In this document: positions 1 to 8,990 of the stretch, piece by piece
Layout of the letters: each line of letters opens with the position of its first letter
Position numbering within the stretch: position 1 is the first letter of the stretch
Assembly (NCBI GenBank): GCA_002383285.1
Contig: DFXU01000049.1
Span: forward strand, 8,558-72,557
Reading direction: 5' to 3'
DNA length: 64,000 bases
DNA from: Bacillales bacterium UBA4100
GTDB lineage: Bacteria > Bacillota > Bacilli > Paenibacillales > UBA4045
Notes under the pieces: generated by a model
Databases searched by the model: none
Seen by the model: the letters and a program-made list of their open reading frames with translations, nothing else
What the model was told of the DNA's origin: nothing
Translations under genes and position numbers: made by a program

Positions 1-1
1 C

Positions 2-1255
2 GGCCATCTGGGTACGAATAACAATCTACGCTATATCTCTTCACCGAAGCAGGAAACTCGTCTGTGGATGTGGGAGGCGATCAGTGCGGGTGGCTCATTC
101 TGGAACTGTGTCTTTAATGGACAGCATCCGAATGCTACGTACGATAGGCGCAATGCATTCCTTGTTGAGGATGTCTATGCTTTCATGGAGCAGCACGAGG
201 AAATCCTCACTGTTCAAAAAACGGCTGCAGAGGTTACCGTACTCTACTCACGTGCTTCCAATGCCATACTTGGCAAGGACGGGTATATGACACATCTCAT
301 GGGGCTTGAGCAGGTGTTAACCGATCGTCATATCCAGTATCGTCTGCTCACCGATGATAGATTAAATGAAGAGGCATTAGCCTCTACGAGGCTGTTGATC
401 TTAGCAAATGCTGCATGCCTGTCAGATGACGAGATTGAGCTTGTGAGGAGCTACGTACGCGGTGGTGGTAAGTTATTATCTACACACCGAACCTCACTAA
501 GCACACCAAGCGGGACTGAACGACAGGATTATGGACTAGGAGATGTGTTCGGCTGTAAGTTTACAGGCGTTGTTAAGGATAGCTCTACCTATGGCTACCA
601 GCTCATTCGGGAACGGCACGCACTAACACGTGGTTTGGAGGATACAGAGCTTCTCGCAAGCTGGGGACCACAATATCTGGTGCGCACAACATCTAATACT
701 GCAAAATCAATCATTTCGTATGTGCCGCAAATATTCCCGCAGCCACCCGAACGATCCTGGCTTAGAAGCATGGAGACTGAATATCCAACAGCATTATTGA
801 ATACATTCGGGAAAGGCGAATCCTTATTGTTCCCTTATGGTGTAGATCGTAATGTCTGGATTCATGGCCATGCGGATTTTGCTAAGCTGCTAGGCAATGC
901 GGTTGATTATATGCTCGGTGAAAAGCTTATCATTGATAGCAATGCCCCTTCAAGCGTGCACTTCAGCTTGAATCATAGTGGTACGGAGCAGGGTAACTAT
1001 GTGCTTCATGTTGTGAATACGACAAGTACACCACGGCGCCCTATTCTCGAAACCATACCTGTTCATGGCATTGATGTCCGGATAAGGCTCTCAGGAACAC
1101 AGATAGGCGAGGTTCGGAGTTTATATAAGGATACGGTTATACAATTAGTCAAGACTGAGCTGGATGGTGAAGGATCTATCATAGTTCATCTGCACATCCC
1201 AATTATTCATGAGTACGTTTCATTGTATATTACTACAGGAACAGTAGAAGTGTAG
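2..1255 (+). CDS. 5'-truncated CDS; C-terminal part of a sugar-utilisation-associated protein resembling the GH42 beta-galactosidase trimerisation (GATase1-like) module
   Basis: The frame of ORF 68..1255 stays open back to base 2, so the gene starts upstream of the window. The family call rests on weak recollection only. Confidence 0.4.
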   Translation, partial: GHLGTNNNLRYISSPKQETRLWMWEAISAGGSFWNCVFNGQHPNATYDRRNAFLVEDVYAFMEQHEEILTVQKTAAEVTVLYSRASNAILGKDGYMTHLMGLEQVLTDRHIQYRLLTDDRLNEEALASTRLLILANAACLSDDEIELVRSYVRGGGKLLSTHRTSLSTPSGTERQDYGLGDVFGCKFTGVVKDSSTYGYQLIRERHALTRGLEDTELLASWGPQYLVRTTSNTAKSIISYVPQIFPQPPERSWLRSMETEYPTALLNTFGKGESLLFPYGVDRNVWIHGHADFAKLLGNAVDYMLGEKLIIDSNAPSSVHFSLNHSGTEQGNYVLHVVNTTSTPRRPILETIPVHGIDVRIRLSGTQIGEVRSLYKDTVIQLVKTELDGEGSIIVHLHIPIIHEYVSLYITTGTVEV

Positions 1256-1260
1256 AGATT

Positions 1261-2307
1261 ATGGATATGGGGAGAGAGGTTGGATCAAACTTGAGTAAGC
1301 ATAAAATTGTAGTTGTTGGCTGCGGTAATATATCTAAGGCATGGTTAGAATATGCGAGTACTAGGGAGGATTCGGTCATCGTAGGGCTTGTCGATATCAA
1401 CCCTGAGAATGCGGAAGCCGCTAAGGTGAAGTATGGGTTGGATTGCCCAATATTCACTGATGTTCGGGAGAGTATTCGCGCTACTAGCGCTACGCTTGTC
1501 TTCGATCTGACTATTCTTGAGGCGCACCCTGCTGTAGTTATTGCTGCAATGGAGGAAGGCTGCGATGTGTTCGGTGAGAAACCAATGGCACCATCTATGG
1601 AGGCAGCAGAAGCAATGATCCAAGCTGCAGCATCATTGGGGAAGTCGTATACGGTCATGCAGAATCGTCGATATCTGAAGGAGATGTTTGCATTTCGAGA
1701 GCTCGTCCAATCAGGTACGATTGGACAGATCGGTTTTGTGACCTCAGATTTCTTCCTCGGTCTTCATAATGGTGCTTACCGTGAAACGATGGACAATCCA
1801 TTGCTCATGGATATGTCAATCCATACCTTCGATCAGTCACGATTTATAACGGGTAAAGAACCGGTATTCGTGGAATGTCATACGTTTAATCCAGCCGGTT
1901 CCTGGTTTGCTGGAGCTGCAGCTGCAATCATCACCTTCGAATACGAGGACGGTTCCTGTTATTCCTATCGTGGCTGTTATTGCGCTGAGGGTGCCGCTAC
2001 CTCATGGCAATCAAGCTGGAGGGTCGTTGGCTCGCAAGGCACCGCCATCTGGGATGGGCGTAATGCGCCTTATGCGGAGGTTGTTATACCGACCGATGAG
2101 ATTGTGTATGAGAACAAACATCGTCGTGTAGATGTAGAGATGACCTATCAGGGGAAAGAGCAGCATGGAGGTTGTCTCGATGAGATGTTCGAAGCGTTAA
2201 ATGCTGATCGTAAGTCGGCAACCGACTGCACTGATAATGCAAAAAGCCTAGCTATGCTGTATGGTGTTATGCGTAGTCTTCGCGAGGGTCGCAAAGTGAG
2301 GATATAA
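1261..2307 (+). CDS. Gfo/Idh/MocA family NAD(P)-dependent oxidoreductase
   Basis: N-terminal Rossmann motif KIVVVGCGNISKAW and typical length (~340 aa). Start is ambiguous (ATG 1261/1267 or TTG 1291 after GGAGAGAGG). Confidence 0.8.
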   Translation: MDMGREVGSNLSKHKIVVVGCGNISKAWLEYASTREDSVIVGLVDINPENAEAAKVKYGLDCPIFTDVRESIRATSATLVFDLTILEAHPAVVIAAMEEGCDVFGEKPMAPSMEAAEAMIQAAASLGKSYTVMQNRRYLKEMFAFRELVQSGTIGQIGFVTSDFFLGLHNGAYRETMDNPLLMDMSIHTFDQSRFITGKEPVFVECHTFNPAGSWFAGAAAAIITFEYEDGSCYSYRGCYCAEGAATSWQSSWRVVGSQGTAIWDGRNAPYAEVVIPTDEIVYENKHRRVDVEMTYQGKEQHGGCLDEMFEALNADRKSATDCTDNAKSLAMLYGVMRSLREGRKVRI

Positions 2308-2350
2308 TATTTGATAATAAAGTATTGTGATCTATTAAAGGTGGTGTACT

Positions 2351-3061
2351 ATGTCAAACGTAAAGCAATTAACCGAGCTCATCTCGAAGATGACCGTGAT
2401 CGATCTATCGCACACGTTAGAGGAGAATATGCCTGTTGTGCAATCGCATACTCGTTATTACCATACATTAATAGATTCGTTTGAAACAGGGAGTATTGCA
2501 TTGGCATATCAGCTTCTCATTAATGAGCATTGTGGTACGCATATGGATGCAACAGCGCACTTCATACAAGAAGGGCACCCTGCTCATCAATATATGGATG
2601 AGACTCCGGTAACACAATTTTTCGGTCGTGCTCTAACGCTGGATTTCTCGCATTATACGGAAACGGATTCTGTTCAAGTGGAGGAGATCGAAGCTTGGGA
2701 GCGAGAGAATGAACAGATACAGCCTGGAGATATTGTTTTCTTCTACTTCGGCTGGGATAAGTATTGGTTACCTAGAATCGTCAGTCGACAATTTAGCAAA
2801 GCATGGCCAGGTATTAGTGGTGAGGCCGCTGAGCTCATGGTGAAGCGAGGGGTTAAGGTTGTTGGTTGTGATGCCATAGCGATTGATGGATGCACAGCAT
2901 CTCAAGCACCAGCGCATTATGCACTGCTCGGCAACGGGGTCAACATCATTGAGAACTTGGCGCGACTGAATGAAATTATCGGTGAGTCCTATGTGTTCGT
3001 CGCTCCATTAAAAGTAAAGCATGGCTCAGGTGCTCCAATGCGGGCGTTAGCGTTTAAGTAA
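2351..3061 (+). CDS. Putative cyclase / kynurenine-formamidase-like metal hydrolase
   Basis: HCGTHMDATAHF matches the HxGTHxDxPxH cyclase-family motif. AAGGTGG RBS lies upstream. Confidence 0.75.
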   Translation: MSNVKQLTELISKMTVIDLSHTLEENMPVVQSHTRYYHTLIDSFETGSIALAYQLLINEHCGTHMDATAHFIQEGHPAHQYMDETPVTQFFGRALTLDFSHYTETDSVQVEEIEAWERENEQIQPGDIVFFYFGWDKYWLPRIVSRQFSKAWPGISGEAAELMVKRGVKVVGCDAIAIDGCTASQAPAHYALLGNGVNIIENLARLNEIIGESYVFVAPLKVKHGSGAPMRALAFK

Positions 3062-3079
3062 CAAGTGAGGGGGATTGTC

Positions 3080-3934
3080 ATGCGTAAAGAGATGATGGAG
3101 CTAGATAGTGCATTTCCCGTGGATATGGCACGTCGAACGATCACATTCAACACGGTTTCTAAGCATTGGCACCCCTTTCCTGAGCTAGGTCTATGCATCT
3201 CTGGAGAGGGCTGGTTCCATGTTATGGATCGAACATATCCTGTTCGTCCTGGGGATATCTTCGTGGTTAATCAAGCTCAGCCGCATATCGCAAATTGTGA
3301 TCCAGACAAGTCATGCCGCTACCTATTCATATTCTTCCGACCATCCCTATTAGACACGGATGAACCCGAGCTATTATTACCCTTTAACTCGCAACCCTTC
3401 CTAGTAAGTAACCGAATACCTGGTGAGATGCCGGTTGCTCAGGAGCTTGGTCGCCTTATCCAACAGATGGGTGAGGAGCTTGAGCGACGAGAGCTAGGCT
3501 TCCGGAGTCAGGTGCGTAGTAAACTGCTGCAATCCTGTGTATTGCTGGCTAGGTATTACCGTTCCCTACTTAGTGAAGGAGAGTGGAATGCGCTTGTCAG
3601 CTCGTTTAATCGGATATTCCCCGCACTCGAGTTTATACGTGAGCATCTCAAGGACAATATCCGTTTACAGGATGTGGCCGATCACGTGGCACTCAGTCCA
3701 TCGCGGACCTATCATCTCTTTAAAGAAATTATTGGTGACGGGTTCAAAGAATATCTGATCAAAATGAGGGTGAAGGAGGCGCAGCGACTGCTTATCGGCA
3801 GTGATCTTCCGATTACAGAGGTATATTTAAAGAGCGGATTTCCTAATCATGCGTCCTTTTACCGTTCCTTCCATCAGCTAGTTAATATGACGCCAGGTGA
3901 TTACAGAAACGGCTCGCTCTGGAGACCCGATTAA
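3080..3934 (+). CDS. AraC family transcriptional regulator (N-terminal cupin, C-terminal HTH)
   Basis: C-terminal AraC-type HTH (…HLFKEIIGDGFKEYLIKMRVKEAQRLL…SGFPNHASFYRSFHQLVNMTPGDYR). ATG 3080 follows GAGGGGG; the track start (GTG 3065) lies inside that RBS. Confidence 0.8.
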   Translation: MRKEMMELDSAFPVDMARRTITFNTVSKHWHPFPELGLCISGEGWFHVMDRTYPVRPGDIFVVNQAQPHIANCDPDKSCRYLFIFFRPSLLDTDEPELLLPFNSQPFLVSNRIPGEMPVAQELGRLIQQMGEELERRELGFRSQVRSKLLQSCVLLARYYRSLLSEGEWNALVSSFNRIFPALEFIREHLKDNIRLQDVADHVALSPSRTYHLFKEIIGDGFKEYLIKMRVKEAQRLLIGSDLPITEVYLKSGFPNHASFYRSFHQLVNMTPGDYRNGSLWRPD

Positions 3935-3947
3935 TTAAACGGAGATC

Positions 3948-4967
3948 TTATATGAGCTTGGCCACCGAATCACCGATGTGGAATCCTCCGGTTATGCGAG
4001 TATGTGCGAATGATAGATTGGGATGGGCAATTCGCCACAGGATCCGATCAGCCGCGTGGTAACCTGTTTCCTTGATTAAGAGTAATGGACGGCTGATAGT
4101 AGGAAGCGTTAGGGGCTGTTCATTCAACAGGCCAACAAATGAGCAATCCTCTGGTATACACAAACCTAATCTCTCCAGCTCGCGATATACGATCTCGCAA
4201 TCTTCATCAATACCTACCACTATGGCTGTAGGTGTGTATTTCATATAATTAATATTCAAATCTGAGCAAGATGACCAGAGTGGAGGCATCCCCAGCTCCG
4301 ACATGATCTCTTCAAAGGCTTGCCATCGATGGACATACCCTCGCTGAGAACGAATATCCCCAACATACATAATTCGTCGATGACCGTTAAGGGCAAGATG
4401 ATCGATCGATTGACAGATGGCTTCATAGATGTCCCAGACCACACTGTCTACCTGAGATAATGGCTTAGGATAGTTGATGAGCACTTTTGCGAGGGGTAAG
4501 GCTAGTAGTAGCTGTTCCATTCTGCTGGATATAAGACGAGGGGCGATAATAAGCCCATCGGCATGACGTATATTCCGCTTCTGTATCCAAGCCTCGAAGG
4601 CTTCCTCAGACAAATCCTCATCCAATACATCGTTCTCCAGCAGATGATCGAATTGCTTGAACCTCTCGGTCAATCCTGCTGTTAATAGCCGATTATAGTT
4701 CATGGATTCTCTGGATTGAACAAGCACGAAGCGCAGGCGAAAGGTTGGATAGGGTGTGATCCCCTGACTCACCATCTCGCGGGCTTGTTTAACGGTTAGA
4801 TATCCACGCAGATAGGCGGCTCGTATAATCCGGCTACGTGTCTCCTCAGACATCCCAGGCAAGCCGCGCAAGGCTTTGGATATCGTCTGTATGGAGATTC
4901 CAAGATCGTCCGATAAATCTGTGAGCGTGAATGATTTACGGGTTCCCATATACACACTGCCTTCCAT
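3948..4967 (-). CDS. LacI-family-like transcriptional regulator (HTH plus sugar-binding-fold domain)
   Basis: N-terminal HTH FTLTDLSDDLGISIQTISKALRG followed by a periplasmic-binding-protein-like body. Start may be the second ATG (4949). Confidence 0.65.
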   Translation of the reverse strand: MEGSVYMGTRKSFTLTDLSDDLGISIQTISKALRGLPGMSEETRSRIIRAAYLRGYLTVKQAREMVSQGITPYPTFRLRFVLVQSRESMNYNRLLTAGLTERFKQFDHLLENDVLDEDLSEEAFEAWIQKRNIRHADGLIIAPRLISSRMEQLLLALPLAKVLINYPKPLSQVDSVVWDIYEAICQSIDHLALNGHRRIMYVGDIRSQRGYVHRWQAFEEIMSELGMPPLWSSCSDLNINYMKYTPTAIVVGIDEDCEIVYRELERLGLCIPEDCSFVGLLNEQPLTLPTISRPLLLIKETGYHAADRILWRIAHPNLSFAHTRITGGFHIGDSVAKLI

Positions 4968-4986
4968 AAAGTCGCGGGGATCAGGT

Positions 4987-5033
4987 TGTTGAGAAAGTCA
5001 GACTTGGAATCCGATCAATTGACTTTCTCAACA
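4987..5033. promoter_or_regulatory. 14-bp inverted repeat (TGTTGAGAAAGTCA…TGACTTTCTCAACA) in a divergent intergenic region; candidate operator
   Basis: Arms 4987..5000 and 5020..5033 are exact reverse complements with a 19-nt spacer. They lie between the divergent regulator (3948..4967, -) and the FAD oxidoreductase gene (5131, +). Confidence 0.5.
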
Positions 5034-5130
5034 GTCTGCGGGATAGCCCTATTTTAAACCAAACTTAAACTATATTAAAGCTCATCTTGGTGATTATAAT
5101 GGGTTAGGACACGAATAGGGGGAGATCAGC

Positions 5131-6489
5131 ATGAATAGTACATGGCTGGATATGGACGTTGTTGTATGCGGAGGAGGACCTGCCGGTATCAATGCGGCGT
5201 TGGCAGCAGGAAGAAGCGGGGCTAAGACATTGTTGATTGAACGTTATGGCTTTCTAGGTGGGATGTCTACGATTGCATTGGTTTATCCATGGATGACCTT
5301 TCATACGGTCGAGGGTAAGCAGGTCATTGCTGGTATCGCACAAGAAATAGTCGACCGACTACAAGCTGAAGGTGCTTCTCCTGGTCATGTGCGGGATACG
5401 GTTGGATTTGTAAATAGGATTACACCGTATGACCCAGAGATATATAAGATCATGATCTTCGATATGCTGCGAGAGGCTGGAGTGACAGTGCTACTACACA
5501 GCTTTATGGATGAGGTTCATACCGTTGATCATCGGATTTCAGCTATCGAAATCACAACGAAGTCAGGTCGATTCAAGATTACAGGCAAGCAATTCATTGA
5601 TACAACTGGCGATGCGGACCTAGCTCATCTATCAGGAGCCCCGTGCTTACAAGGTAGAGATGGGGACAAGCTGACGCAGCCTATGACGATGAAGTTCAGA
5701 ATGCGTGGGGTAAATTTAGAGAAGGTGAAGCAATATATGCTTGATCACCCTGATGAATTTTATAAGAAAACACCATTCGCTGAGCTGAAGGATCTTCCGT
5801 TGTCAGGCGTGCTTGGCTACTATAAGCATTGGCAGGCTGCCGATCTTCCGATCAATCGGGATCAGGTGCTGTTCTTTACTGGACCAGGTGCTGATGAAGT
5901 GTTAGTCAATACAACACGAGTGCAGGGACTTGACGCAACGAATGTGAACGATTTGACTGAAGCGGAGATTCTTGGCAGGAAACAGGTGCGTATGGTAGCG
6001 GATTTCATGAAAACCTTGCCTGGCTTTGAACAAGCATCGTTGTCTTCGGTTGGTGCACAGATCGGTGTTCGAGAATCCAGAAGAATAGACGGTCTATATA
6101 CGTTACAGTTAGATGATGTCATTCAGGGGAAAGTGTTTCATGACTGTATCGCACGTAGTGGTTACCCGATAGATATCCATGATCCCTCCGGTAAAGGAGT
6201 GACAGCTGCTTGGGTTAAAGGAGATGGGGCTTATGACATTCCTTATCGTAGTCTAATTCCTAAGCGGATCGAGAATTTGCTAGTAGCTGGTCGTTGTATA
6301 TCGACATCTCATGAAGCCTTGGCAACCACGCGGTTGACACCAAGCTGTATGGCTACTGGGCAGGCGGCGGGGACGGCAGCGGGAATTGCGGTCAAGCATG
6401 GCATTGCTCCATCTGAAGTGCGTTACGAGGAGTTACAGGTAGAGCTGCGCAAGGCGGGGGCCTTGCTTCATAACGAAGACAAGAGGTGA
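5131..6489 (+). CDS. FAD-dependent oxidoreductase (FAD_oxidored-type)
   Basis: N-terminal dinucleotide-binding motif VVVCGGGPAGINAALAAGRSG. GGGGGAG RBS. Confidence 0.8.
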   Translation: MNSTWLDMDVVVCGGGPAGINAALAAGRSGAKTLLIERYGFLGGMSTIALVYPWMTFHTVEGKQVIAGIAQEIVDRLQAEGASPGHVRDTVGFVNRITPYDPEIYKIMIFDMLREAGVTVLLHSFMDEVHTVDHRISAIEITTKSGRFKITGKQFIDTTGDADLAHLSGAPCLQGRDGDKLTQPMTMKFRMRGVNLEKVKQYMLDHPDEFYKKTPFAELKDLPLSGVLGYYKHWQAADLPINRDQVLFFTGPGADEVLVNTTRVQGLDATNVNDLTEAEILGRKQVRMVADFMKTLPGFEQASLSSVGAQIGVRESRRIDGLYTLQLDDVIQGKVFHDCIARSGYPIDIHDPSGKGVTAAWVKGDGAYDIPYRSLIPKRIENLLVAGRCISTSHEALATTRLTPSCMATGQAAGTAAGIAVKHGIAPSEVRYEELQVELRKAGALLHNEDKR

Positions 6490-6498
6490 CAATTGACG

Positions 6499-6528
6499 GT
6501 TGACAATGATAATGATAACCATTATCAT
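6499..6528 (+). promoter_or_regulatory. Sigma-A-type promoter (TTGACA-N18-TATCAT) overlapped by a Fur box
   Basis: GATAATGATAACCATTATC at 6508..6526 matches the 19-bp Fur consensus GATAATGATAATCATTATC at 18/19 positions. The 7-1-7 core TGATAAC-C-ATTATCA is of Fur type, not PerR or Zur type. It lies ~45 nt upstream of the DUF1450 start. Confidence 0.7.
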
Positions 6529-6569
6529 TGCTATGACATGAAGTAGTCATAGCAGGGGAGCGATGCTCA

Positions 6570-6794
6570 GTGAAGAAAATCAAATACTGCTGCAAGAACA
6601 TGAAGCTAGGCTCTAAAGCTGTGTATAAATTACTGAAATTAGAGTATCCTGATATCAAACAAGCGAAAAAGGACTGTCTGGGTAACTGTAAGCTGTGCTC
6701 GAAGGAATGCTTCGTAATGATCGGAAAGAAAGAGGTCATATGTGGAGCCTCACCTGAGATTCTCTATGGTCAGATTAAAAAATTAATTAGCTAA
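6570..6794 (+). CDS. DUF1450 / UPF0349 (YuzB-like) small cysteine-rich protein
   Basis: 74 aa. An N-terminal Cys pair plus CLGNCKLCSKEC (C-x3-C-x2-C) aligns with my recollection of B. subtilis YuzB (…EFCLSN…GCLTHCGICS…SPEEL). GTG start. Confidence 0.65.
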   Translation: MKKIKYCCKNMKLGSKAVYKLLKLEYPDIKQAKKDCLGNCKLCSKECFVMIGKKEVICGASPEILYGQIKKLIS

Positions 6795-6898
6795 AGTTAT
6801 ATTGTTCATTAGCTTAATAAATATCTTGTGGAAGACTATGGTATAATGCTATTTGAATATGGATGTATATCATAGAAATTCAGAGGAGTGGAATAAAT

Positions 6899-7408
6899 AT
6901 GATTAACGAACAATTATCCGAGGCATTAAATGAACAGATGAATTTCGAATTTTACTCGGCCCATGTTTACTTAGCCTTGGCAGGATACTGCTCTGGAGAA
7001 AGTCTGGATGGCTTTGCGAATTTTTTTATTGTTCAAGCTGAGGAAGAACGATTCCATGCCATGAAAATTTATAAATATCTCAACGATCGCGGAATCAGAG
7101 TTAAATTAGCAGGTATGGATACACCTAATAATGAATTCAATTCAATCTTAGAGGTTTTCGAGGATGCTTTCGAGCATGAGAAGATGGTGACTGGTCGCAT
7201 CTATCATCTGTCAGATTTAGCCCTAAATGACAGAGAGCATGCAACCATGCAATTCTTGAAATGGTTTATTGATGAGCAGGTTGAGGAAGAAGCAATGTTC
7301 GATACGATTATTAATAAGCTGAAGCGTATTGATAAGGATAGCAACGCATTCTTCATGCTAGATGCTGAATTTGCGGGACGCTCATTCACACCGCCAGCTG
7401 GAGAATAA
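6899..7408 (+). CDS. Non-haem ferritin (Ftn)
   Basis: The ferritin di-iron pattern is recognisable (MINEQLSEALNEQMNFEFYSAHVYLALAGYC…QAEEERFHAMKIYKYL…HEKMVT…). AGGAGTGG RBS precedes ATG 6899; an extended -10 (TGgTATAAT) lies at 6839..6847. Confidence 0.9.
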   Translation: MINEQLSEALNEQMNFEFYSAHVYLALAGYCSGESLDGFANFFIVQAEEERFHAMKIYKYLNDRGIRVKLAGMDTPNNEFNSILEVFEDAFEHEKMVTGRIYHLSDLALNDREHATMQFLKWFIDEQVEEEAMFDTIINKLKRIDKDSNAFFMLDAEFAGRSFTPPAGE

Positions 7409-7445
7409 TTAGTGTTACATAACTAAAAGGAGGATTTGCCCAAGG

Positions 7446-8024
7446 TTAATGGGGATTATCCTCTTTTTGTTTTTCCTTGGCTGCTTCTAGCTCATTCAAT
7501 GATTTTTCTAGAGCATCGTTGATGAAGCTAGTTTTGAAGCTTTTACCATTAGATTTAGAAAGTGCTTTAATTCGCTTAAGCAAATCGTTACGGATGTAAA
7601 GCTTCTCTTTTGAATACGATTCCTTGCGTTGCTTTTTGCTGATCCTGTCTCTCTTGTCAACGGGTTGGTTTGAGCATATTGATAGCTCAGCAGATGTGGG
7701 ATTTGATGCCAGAGAATCTGCAGCTTCAATAGGATTTGACGCATCCGGTAACTCGGTTGTCTCGATATGAGTAGCCTCAATTGGCTTAGGCTCTATGATA
7801 TCAATGGAATCTGTGGACTCTTCATGTGCAGTAGTCACCGCGGGCTCCGTTACGGCTTTGGACGCTTTAGCACTCCTTGTTTGAGAAGGTTTTCTTCTAG
7901 AGGCTACGGGCTTAGCTGCTTTTTCATTATTCAAAACTGCTGATTCATCTGTAATCCTAGGAGCTGTATCGTCGTTATCTACGTTATTAATTGGATTGAC
8001 TAGTGGATCTTTCTTCGGCGGCAT
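7446..8024 (-). CDS. Hypothetical protein: long low-complexity N-terminal region with a short C-terminal strand-helix-helix-like segment
   Basis: ORF with a GGAGG-type RBS (plus strand 8034-8040). The C-terminal KLYIRNDLLKRIKALSKSNGKSFKTSFINDALEKSLNELE resembles a ribbon-helix-helix pattern (inference only). Confidence 0.45.
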   Translation of the reverse strand: MPPKKDPLVNPINNVDNDDTAPRITDESAVLNNEKAAKPVASRRKPSQTRSAKASKAVTEPAVTTAHEESTDSIDIIEPKPIEATHIETTELPDASNPIEAADSLASNPTSAELSICSNQPVDKRDRISKKQRKESYSKEKLYIRNDLLKRIKALSKSNGKSFKTSFINDALEKSLNELEAAKEKQKEDNPH

Positions 8025-8118
8025 GAATGGTTAACCTCCTAAATTTTTATAAAGGATCGATGATTAATGTTATTATTCTAAGTATAGCATAAACAGAACG
8101 TGCAAATTGTATGTCATT

Positions 8119-8135
8119 TGTAAATAATTTGTAAA
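8119..8135 (+). promoter_or_regulatory. Direct repeat TGTAAA-N5-TGTAAA (WalR/OmpR-family-type box)
   Basis: TGTAAATAATTTGTAAA is an exact fit to the published WalR consensus TGTWAH-N5-TGTWAH. It lies ~110 bp upstream of the OmpR-family response-regulator gene. Confidence 0.45.
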
Positions 8136-8246
8136 TGTAGTTTACGAAAAAGTTAATCTCTGCTTAACATAATCCTAATTCATAGATAACGAAGAGACTT
8201 CATGATTAAGCTAAGTCTTCTTACTATTCTTTAGGGGGTTGTTAGT

Positions 8247-8960
8247 ATGAGTAAACGAATTCTGGTCGTAGATGATGATCCATCCATATCAAGGTTAATT
8301 GAATTCAATCTAAAATTGGCTGGTTATGAAGTGAGTTGTGTGTATGATGGGCAAGCTGTATTTGATGCGCTCAAGGAGTTCCGCCCAAGCTTAATTGTAC
8401 TTGATCTGATGCTCCCAATTCTGGATGGTATTCAGGTGTGTCAGAAATTACGTGCACAGAACAATTATACACCCATTATTATGCTGACAGCTTTAACTGA
8501 CTTGTCGGATAAAATTGTGGGATTAGATATTGGTGCGGATGATTATATGACAAAGCCCTTTAGTCCGCAAGAGCTAATCTCACGGATACAGAGCATACTG
8601 CGGAGGGCTGAACTATTTACTGTTACTGAGGTTGGGCATCCTATTGAGATTGGTTCCATTCGTATTCATCCCGAGCAACGCGATGTATTGGTCGACGGGA
8701 ATCGAATCGAATTAACACCGAAGGAATTTGAATTATTGCTCTTCTTGTGTAAACATAGAGGGAAGGTTCTAAGTCGTCAACAATTGTTGTATGGAGTTTG
8801 GGATTATCATTTTTTCGAGGATACGCGTATTGTTGATGTGCATATTAGTCACCTGCGTGAGAAGATTGAAGTGAACACGCGAGACCCTGAGTATATTATT
8901 ACCATTCGTAATGTTGGATATAAGCTGAAGGAGAAGCCTCCGACTAAGTCCTTGGCATAG
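8247..8960 (+). CDS. OmpR/PhoB-family response regulator (receiver plus winged helix), no adjacent kinase
   Basis: ILVVDDD…DLMLP…LTA…GADDYMTKPF receiver motifs and a C-terminal winged-helix (…VHISHLREKIE…IITIRNVGYKL). Confidence 0.9.
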   Translation: MSKRILVVDDDPSISRLIEFNLKLAGYEVSCVYDGQAVFDALKEFRPSLIVLDLMLPILDGIQVCQKLRAQNNYTPIIMLTALTDLSDKIVGLDIGADDYMTKPFSPQELISRIQSILRRAELFTVTEVGHPIEIGSIRIHPEQRDVLVDGNRIELTPKEFELLLFLCKHRGKVLSRQQLLYGVWDYHFFEDTRIVDVHISHLREKIEVNTRDPEYIITIRNVGYKLKEKPPTKSLA

Positions 8961-8990
8961 AACAAGCCTCCAGTCAGATGAAAGGGGACA

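Noticed and set aside
1233-1658. 141-aa and 92-aa ORFs antisense to the Gfo/Idh/MocA gene, standing for the many similar antisense or out-of-frame ORFs in the track (e.g. 9510..9767, 17638..18063, 22836..23363, 26136..26744, 44202..44867, 53977..54384)
   Set aside because: Each lies wholly inside a strongly recognisable gene on the other strand or in another frame. They have no RBS, and their composition mirrors the partner gene. They are treated as shadow ORFs.
6795-6898. Fur or PerR box directly upstream of the ferritin gene
   Set aside because: No 7-1-7 TGATAAT/TTATAAT-type motif was found by eye. Only the box upstream of the DUF1450 gene is convincing.
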